From: Myxococcota bacterium
GTDB taxonomy: Bacteria > Myxococcota_A > UBA796 > UBA2385
Reading direction: 5' to 3'
DNA length: 64,000 nucleotides
Assembly: GCA_044344255.1 (NCBI GenBank)
Contig: JBIJDH010000016.1
Coordinates: 124,937 to 188,936 of the forward strand
Both the position numbers and the translations under genes were made by a program. Under the pieces are notes generated by a model. It did no database searches, was not told the origin of the DNA, and saw only the letters and a list, made by a program, of their open reading frames with translations. Numbering within the stretch: position 1 is the first letter of the stretch; the number at the start of each line of letters is the position of its first letter. Of the stretch, positions 58,470-64,000 are shown one piece after another.

Positions 58470-59918
58470 TCAGAGGGGGGACACGGGAGGAGGGGGGACG
58501 ACGGCGTCGTCCTCGGCCGCCAGGATCACCGGCATGTCGCGGATCTGCTGGATGGCGGCGGGGTCGAGCTTGTCGAGCTGGGCGATGAGCCGGTGCAGGC
58601 GCACCCCCTCGCGGGCGTAGCGGGTGAGGAATTCGCCGACCAGGGCGGCGTGCTGGGTCACCAGCTCCTCGTTCCAGCGGCGGTACTCGAGCTCGGCGTG
58701 CACCGTGGCCGCGCCGAGGCGCCGGGGGATGAAGAAGTGCTCGTGGCGCGGCTCACGGGGCTGGAGCGTGGTGTCGCTCAGCACCTTGTAGGCGACGCTC
58801 GGGTCGCTCACGGGCACCCCGTTGATGTCGCCATAGACGAGCCTGTACTTGCGGTCGTCCTCGTAGACCACCGCGCCAGCCGCGTCCTTGGCCACGAGCT
58901 TCAAGGTCACGCAGGGGGCGGTGGCGTTGCCGGTGGGGAAGGCGTGGCCGGCGCCCACGTTCTCGACGCGCACGCTCACCACCTCACCTGCGAATTGCGC
59001 CTCCACGCTGACGTCGAGGGTGGCGGTCTTGCGCACCATCTCGAGGTCTCCCCCGCCGGGGAAGGTGTGGCGGTGCAGGCCCTTTCGCTCCGGCCCCCCC
59101 ACGGCCGCGACGCCGTCGTAGGTGGGCATGTGGCACTGCGGGCAGCCCTTGCCTTCGGCGGCGTAGGGGCTGCGCGCCCACTCGGCCCAGGTCCAGTCTA
59201 CCGGCAGGGCGTTTGTGGGCCAGAGCGACATGTGGCAGGCGCCGCAGAGGTCACTGCCCTTGTGGAGGTCGGAGTGGGCGGTGCCGTGGAAAGGCGAGAC
59301 GGCGATGACAGCGTCGGGGGGCGGCGTCTCATCGCTCGTGCCCCAGAGGGGGCCGCGCTTCGGGCCCGTGGGGTCCCAGCGGATCATGCCGGGGGCGTCG
59401 TTCGGCCAGGCCTGGACGGCGGTGTGACAGACATCGCAGGTCACCCCCTCGCTCGCGACCTTGCCCACCCGCTCGAGGTCGAGCTCGGCGCCCATGAGCG
59501 CGACGGGGGCGTGGCAGTGGAGGCACTGCTGGACCTCCTCCACCGGTAGGCCGCGGAGGTCGAGGCTCGCCTTGTAGAGCTCGATCTCGAAGTTCGAGAC
59601 CCGCGAGGAGCGGCCCATGCCCGACTCCTTCCACTCCGCGTACTGCGTGGGGTGGCAGGCGCTGCAGGTCTCGGCGCTGGTGAAGTGCGCGGGGTCGAGC
59701 CCCCGATAGGCGCCGAGGTTCGGGTACTCGAGCTTCGTCTTCCAGGTGGGGTCGCGCGGGGCCCAGCCTCGGTAGGTCATGCCGACCGCGCCGGCCAGCG
59801 CGAGCAGGCCCACCAGGGCGATCTTCCCTCGGCGGCCGACGAGACCGCCGGCCGCCGCGGGAGGGGACGCGGCGGGCGCGGCGGGGGCGGGCGGGGTGGG
59901 TTCCGAGGGGGCGGCCAC
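58470..59918 (-). CDS. membrane-anchored pentaheme cytochrome c
   Basis: CSACH, CLHCH, CDVCH, CGACH, CPQCH; N-terminal TM helix. Confidence 0.9.
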   Translation of the reverse strand: MAAPSEPTPPAPAAPAASPPAAAGGLVGRRGKIALVGLLALAGAVGMTYRGWAPRDPTWKTKLEYPNLGAYRGLDPAHFTSAETCSACHPTQYAEWKESGMGRSSRVSNFEIELYKASLDLRGLPVEEVQQCLHCHAPVALMGAELDLERVGKVASEGVTCDVCHTAVQAWPNDAPGMIRWDPTGPKRGPLWGTSDETPPPDAVIAVSPFHGTAHSDLHKGSDLCGACHMSLWPTNALPVDWTWAEWARSPYAAEGKGCPQCHMPTYDGVAAVGGPERKGLHRHTFPGGGDLEMVRKTATLDVSVEAQFAGEVVSVRVENVGAGHAFPTGNATAPCVTLKLVAKDAAGAVVYEDDRKYRLVYGDINGVPVSDPSVAYKVLSDTTLQPREPRHEHFFIPRRLGAATVHAELEYRRWNEELVTQHAALVGEFLTRYAREGVRLHRLIAQLDKLDPAAIQQIRDMPVILAAEDDAVVPPPPVSPL

Positions 59919-60046
59919 CGGGGCTCCTTCAAGCGGGCCCGATGGGCCGCGCGGGGCCCCGCTCCTAGCACGTTCACCGCGGCTGGCGAGGTGAGGCCCG
60001 CCCCACGTTAGGGGCTCCGCCCGCGTCGCCGCCCCGAGGACCGCCC

Positions 60047-60820
60047 ATGCCCCACGTCGCCATCACCGGAGCCTCCCGCGGCATCGGCGAAGCCCTCGCC
60101 CGCCGCTACGCCGCCGCCGGCTGCTCCCTCACCCTCATCGCCCGGCAGCGCCCGGCCCTCGAGGCCCTCGCCGCCTCGCTTGGCCGGCCGACCTACATCG
60201 AGGCCGTGGCCCTCGATGACCTCGACGCCGCCACCGCCTGGGTCTCTCGCGCCGAGGCCGCCCTCGGGCCGATCGACGTGCTGATCAACAACGCGGGCCG
60301 GCAGACCCTCGGGCCCGCCGAGGACAGCCCGGGCGGCGAGGCCAGCATCCGCCTCAACCTGCTCTGCCCCATCCGCCTGATGGAGACGGTGGGCGCCGCG
60401 ATGCTGCAGCGCGGCCGGGGCGACATCGTCAACATCGCCTCCGCCGCCGCCCTGTCCTGGATGCCAGGGATGGTGCACTATAACGCCGGTAAGTCGGGCA
60501 TCGCCGCCTTCAGCGAGTCTGTCCGGGCCGAGTGGCTGCCCCGCGGCGTCAACGTGCTCACGGTCTATCCGGGCCCAGTCCGCACCGACATGGCGATGGA
60601 GGGCGCCGCTGCCTATGGACAGACCTGGGTGCCCATGGGCACCGCCGAGCGCCTCGCCAACCTCGTCTTCAACGGCGTCGAGCGCCGAAAGAAGCGCATC
60701 ATCTACCCTGGCTACTACTGGTTCACCTGGGCCTTCCCCAACATCACCCGCTTCGTCACCCAGCTCGCCACGCCGAAGGCCCAGGCGGGCGACTCCGACC
60801 GGACCCACCGCCGTGACTGA
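60047..60820 (+). CDS. short-chain dehydrogenase/reductase
   Basis: TGASRGIG, NNAG, YNAGK. Confidence 0.93.
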   Translation: MPHVAITGASRGIGEALARRYAAAGCSLTLIARQRPALEALAASLGRPTYIEAVALDDLDAATAWVSRAEAALGPIDVLINNAGRQTLGPAEDSPGGEASIRLNLLCPIRLMETVGAAMLQRGRGDIVNIASAAALSWMPGMVHYNAGKSGIAAFSESVRAEWLPRGVNVLTVYPGPVRTDMAMEGAAAYGQTWVPMGTAERLANLVFNGVERRKKRIIYPGYYWFTWAFPNITRFVTQLATPKAQAGDSDRTHRRD

Positions 60821-61847
60821 CCCCTCCTGCGACGCCCTCCTCCAGAACACGCGGGACATCGTCACGCTGGCCTTCTCCCACGATCCGGCCAGCGCCGGTC
60901 TCATCGTCTATGACACCGACTCCCCGCTCACGCGCCTCCTCCGTGAGGGCTACGGCGCCTGCCTGACGGGCGCGGCGCAGCTCGACGTCGCCCAGACGCC
61001 GCTCGAGCCGATCATCGCCGCCATCGACGCCCTTCCCCGCGGCGCCCTCGTGGTGCTCCTCCAGTCCGACCGCTTCGAGCTCGGCCCCTGGCGCTTCCGC
61101 CTCGAGCTCTTCAAGCGCGGCCTCAAGGTCATCGAGCACCCGCACCTCGGCCGCGTGCGCGACGAGGAGGTGGCCACCTATGTCGCGGCCCTGGCTTACG
61201 ATCCGCGCTGGCTGCGCGGCATGGGCGCGGCGCTCAAGGCCCGGATTGACCCTGCGGGCCGCATCACCCTCATCACGGCCGCGGGCCGCCTCGACTACGA
61301 GGGCCCCTTCGAGGACACCAAGCAGAACGTGGGCGACTACTCCGGCATGGAGACGGTGGGCGGCCAGTTCCCCATCGGCGAGGTCTTCACCGAGCCTGTC
61401 ACCCTCGAGTCCCTGAGCGGGCGCGTCACCATTGGCGCCTTCGGCGCCGCCGACTTCTCGGTCCGCTTCCTCACCGCGCCGATCACGCTCGAGATCGTGG
61501 AGGGCCGCGTGGTCGCCGCCCCCGGCGCCACCGAGGAGTTCGAGGAGGTGCTGCGCGTGATCACCGAGTCGGAGGGCGCCGTCTGGGTGCGCGAGCTCGG
61601 CTTCGGCCTCAACCGCGCCCTCAGCCCGGCCACTCCCCTCACGGACGTGGGCTCCTACGAGCGGATGTGCGGCGTGCACATCTCGCTCGGCACCAAGCAC
61701 ACGGTCTATCCGAAGGCCGGCTTCAGCAAGCGACACACGCGCTACCACGTCGATGTCTTCGCCGCCCTCGGACGGGTCGAGATCGACGGACAGACCGTCT
61801 TCGCCGACGGGGCCTATACGGTGGCCCCGCTGCCCATCCCCGCCTGA
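60813..61847 (+). CDS. M29/aminopeptidase T-like metalloprotein
   Basis: GTG 60813; FPIGEVF, ELGFGLN, ERMCGVHISLG, HVD. Confidence 0.7.
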   Translation: MTDPSCDALLQNTRDIVTLAFSHDPASAGLIVYDTDSPLTRLLREGYGACLTGAAQLDVAQTPLEPIIAAIDALPRGALVVLLQSDRFELGPWRFRLELFKRGLKVIEHPHLGRVRDEEVATYVAALAYDPRWLRGMGAALKARIDPAGRITLITAAGRLDYEGPFEDTKQNVGDYSGMETVGGQFPIGEVFTEPVTLESLSGRVTIGAFGAADFSVRFLTAPITLEIVEGRVVAAPGATEEFEEVLRVITESEGAVWVRELGFGLNRALSPATPLTDVGSYERMCGVHISLGTKHTVYPKAGFSKRHTRYHVDVFAALGRVEIDGQTVFADGAYTVAPLPIPA

Positions 61848-61965
61848 CCGGATAGAACGGACAGACAGGAGTGCTACGTCAAGGCGGGAGGGTGGGTCAG
61901 GGGAGGTGGACCCCGGCCCCCGCCGCGTCCTGCCAAGCCCCCGGCGCCCCCGGGCGGGGTCGCGC

Positions 61966-63780
61966 TCAGTGGAGCCGCAGATCGAGCCAGGCGGCGGTGT
62001 CGCAGCTGTACTCGGCGTTGGGGCTCACGCGCAGCGAGAGGCGCCCGGGCTCCACGCTCACGCTCCCCATGTCCACCGCGGGGTCGTAGGTGCCGAGGCT
62101 CCCGCTGCTCCAGAGCGTGACGCCCCCCTGCTCGACGAAGAAGGAGGCGCCGTCCCCGCAGACCTGCATCCAGTCCTGGAGCCCCACGCCCCCTGTGAGC
62201 GATGACATCCCCGCGGGGACGGTCACTTGAACCACGCTCGGGGCGTGGGTGAAGAGGCCGCGGCAGGTGTGCTCGCCCCGCACGGAGAAGCCGGGGCCCC
62301 AGAGCGTGGCGTCGACGCGCAGGGTGTCCCAGCCGACCGTGCCGGTGGGGGAGAGGTCGGAGAGGGAGACGCTGCCGTCTTCAGGCTCCAAACAGTCGGC
62401 GGCGTCCCGGCCGAGCACCACGCTCCCGCGCTGGTGGACGAACAGCCGCAGATCGGCGACATGTTGGTCAAAGGTCGGGCCGTATCCGAGGACATCACCA
62501 TAGACCGCCTCTCGAATCACCTCCGCGGAGGCGAGGATCTTCGCGTCAGTCGCAGCCCAGGCGTAGGGGCCGGAGAACATCTCCGAGACGATGCTGTCCA
62601 CGTCGGCCCCCATGCTGAGGTGGCGGAGGAGGACAGGGTCGGTATAGGCGGCGCCGGTGACGGGGTTCCAGCTCCAGGGGGACTGAAGCCAGGGGCTCTC
62701 CAGGCTCACGGTCATCGCGTTGGTGATGGCATAGGGATAGCCGAGGTCTGCGTCCAGATCCCACGGGATCTGCTCCAGCACGCCGTTGTGGGAGTACAGA
62801 TAGAAGTTGTTCCCGTCCCCGGAGAAGGTGTCGATGCCCCCCATCACGCTGCGGGCGACGCTGATGCGCGTAAATTCTGGGAGGTCGATGAGCGCGGCCA
62901 CCTCCCCGTCTGTGCCCGTCGAGAGGGCCTCGATGGCGGCGAGGATCTCAGCCCCGTCGGCGCTCACGGAGGTCTGCTGCTCATACCAGAGCAAGGGGTC
63001 CTCATACCCGGTCGGCAGGGGATTGAGCCCCTGGGCGTACCAGCCGCTCACCATGCCATAGAGGGGGCCCTCGTCCTCGCCGAACCAGCGCTTCACAAAG
63101 CGGTCGTCGATGGGCTCCAGCAGCACGAAGAAGCCCACCGGATCTCCGTTCACGCGCACCTGCACCCAGCCGGTGCGGGCGGCGGGAAGCCCCATGTCCC
63201 GCAGCACCTCCGTGGTGATGCGCTCGTGGAGAAAGGTGAAGTCCTGCACGCTGTTGTCGAGCTTGAGCTGCTCGAGTCCGCGCCAGTCCTGCCCCTCCAC
63301 ATAGTGATCGAAGCTGATCTTCAGGGGCGGCTTGCCCGCGTACTTCGAGCCGGCCCCAAAGGCCCGCACCCCGACGGCGGGGAGCCCCTCCACCCAGCCC
63401 TCCCCCGATCCCTCCCCCCCGGACGTGAAGGTGAGATCGGCCTCATACCAGGTCTCCGGCCAGGGGTTGTCACGGATGTCCGCCCAGGCGGCGGGGTCCA
63501 TCTCGAGGTCGAGCGTGTGGATGACCCAGGGGTCAAAGACGGCGTCGCTCGGGTCTGTGGCGGGGGCCTCGGGGAGCGCCTCGACGGGGGCGTCGGGCGG
63601 CTCGGCGCTGTCCCCGCCGCTGCCGCCGCCGCCGTCGCCCGCTCCGCCGTCGACTCCACCGTCGTCTCCGCCGCCGTCGGGAGCGGCGGCGGGCGCTGCG
63701 TCCTCGCCGAGACGAACGGGGCTGGGGCTGCAGGCGAGGAGGAGGAAGACGGGGAGGAGAGGGAGGGGGAGAGTGAACAT
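61966..63780 (-). CDS. CotH-kinase-family lipoprotein with NPCBM-like domain
   Basis: Lipobox LLAC; KPPLKISF, LKLDN, GNNFYLY, IPWDLD; C-terminal GLFTHAPS...GVGLQD. Confidence 0.85.
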   Translation of the reverse strand: MFTLPLPLLPVFLLLACSPSPVRLGEDAAPAAAPDGGGDDGGVDGGAGDGGGGSGGDSAEPPDAPVEALPEAPATDPSDAVFDPWVIHTLDLEMDPAAWADIRDNPWPETWYEADLTFTSGGEGSGEGWVEGLPAVGVRAFGAGSKYAGKPPLKISFDHYVEGQDWRGLEQLKLDNSVQDFTFLHERITTEVLRDMGLPAARTGWVQVRVNGDPVGFFVLLEPIDDRFVKRWFGEDEGPLYGMVSGWYAQGLNPLPTGYEDPLLWYEQQTSVSADGAEILAAIEALSTGTDGEVAALIDLPEFTRISVARSVMGGIDTFSGDGNNFYLYSHNGVLEQIPWDLDADLGYPYAITNAMTVSLESPWLQSPWSWNPVTGAAYTDPVLLRHLSMGADVDSIVSEMFSGPYAWAATDAKILASAEVIREAVYGDVLGYGPTFDQHVADLRLFVHQRGSVVLGRDAADCLEPEDGSVSLSDLSPTGTVGWDTLRVDATLWGPGFSVRGEHTCRGLFTHAPSVVQVTVPAGMSSLTGGVGLQDWMQVCGDGASFFVEQGGVTLWSSGSLGTYDPAVDMGSVSVEPGRLSLRVSPNAEYSCDTAAWLDLRLH

Positions 63781-63890
63781 GCGGGGATCCTACCCTGCGG
63801 GCCTCGGAGGGGCGGTGAGGGTTGTACTCGCCGAACGGGTGGTCGGTGAGGCGTGGCCGCTTCTCCCGTCGAGCGGCTGCAGCGCTCATC

Positions 63891-64000
63891 GGAAGTAGCC
63901 CGGGGGGTGCTCACCTGAAGTAGTCCACCCCCGGGTCGGGACCCTGGAGCTCAAGTCGTGGAGGCTCCTCTTCGGAGGAGGCCGTCATGGCAAGACCGAG
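63891..64000 (+). mobile_element. possible IS (IS3-like) left end and start of an ORF (MARP...)
   Basis: Inverted repeat 63899-909/63926-35; GGAGGAG RBS; ATG 63987 runs off the window. Confidence 0.3.

Overview
High-GC chromosomal window, most consistent with a Myxococcota/deltaproteobacterial genome (MYXO-CTERM-like anchor, many lipoproteins, large Ser/Thr kinases). Core block at 31.6-51.9 kb: pilMNOPQ-aroK-aroB-(2 small genes)-aroQ-accB-accC-TPR protein (SgmX-like)-tRNA-Gly(CCC)-TamB-like-Omp85. Left arm: EF-hand lipoprotein, beta-propeller glycosidase-like protein, tesB, a signalling cluster (two kinase-P-loop-TPR proteins, one ending in GAF-His kinase; cNMP protein; REC/HD-GYP), S8 protease, a coupled fused E1alpha/beta + FabD-like + HD operon, and a DUF692 (MNIO) fusion + DUF5995 operon. 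Right arm: secreted proteins (PhoD, beta-helix, CotH), a Mo-oxidoreductase/pentaheme cytochrome pair, SDR, M29-like peptidase and a possible IS end. Best candidates for undescribed systems: (1) the E1 operon lacking E2, with an acyltransferase missing the malonyl-binding Arg; (2) the divergent MNIO fusion without an evident precursor; (3) a sigma54-type promoter ahead of a putative structured sRNA with CCUCC motifs; (4) GLVSSPLG repeats in the S8 protease tail. All family calls come from motif recognition by eye; no searches were run.
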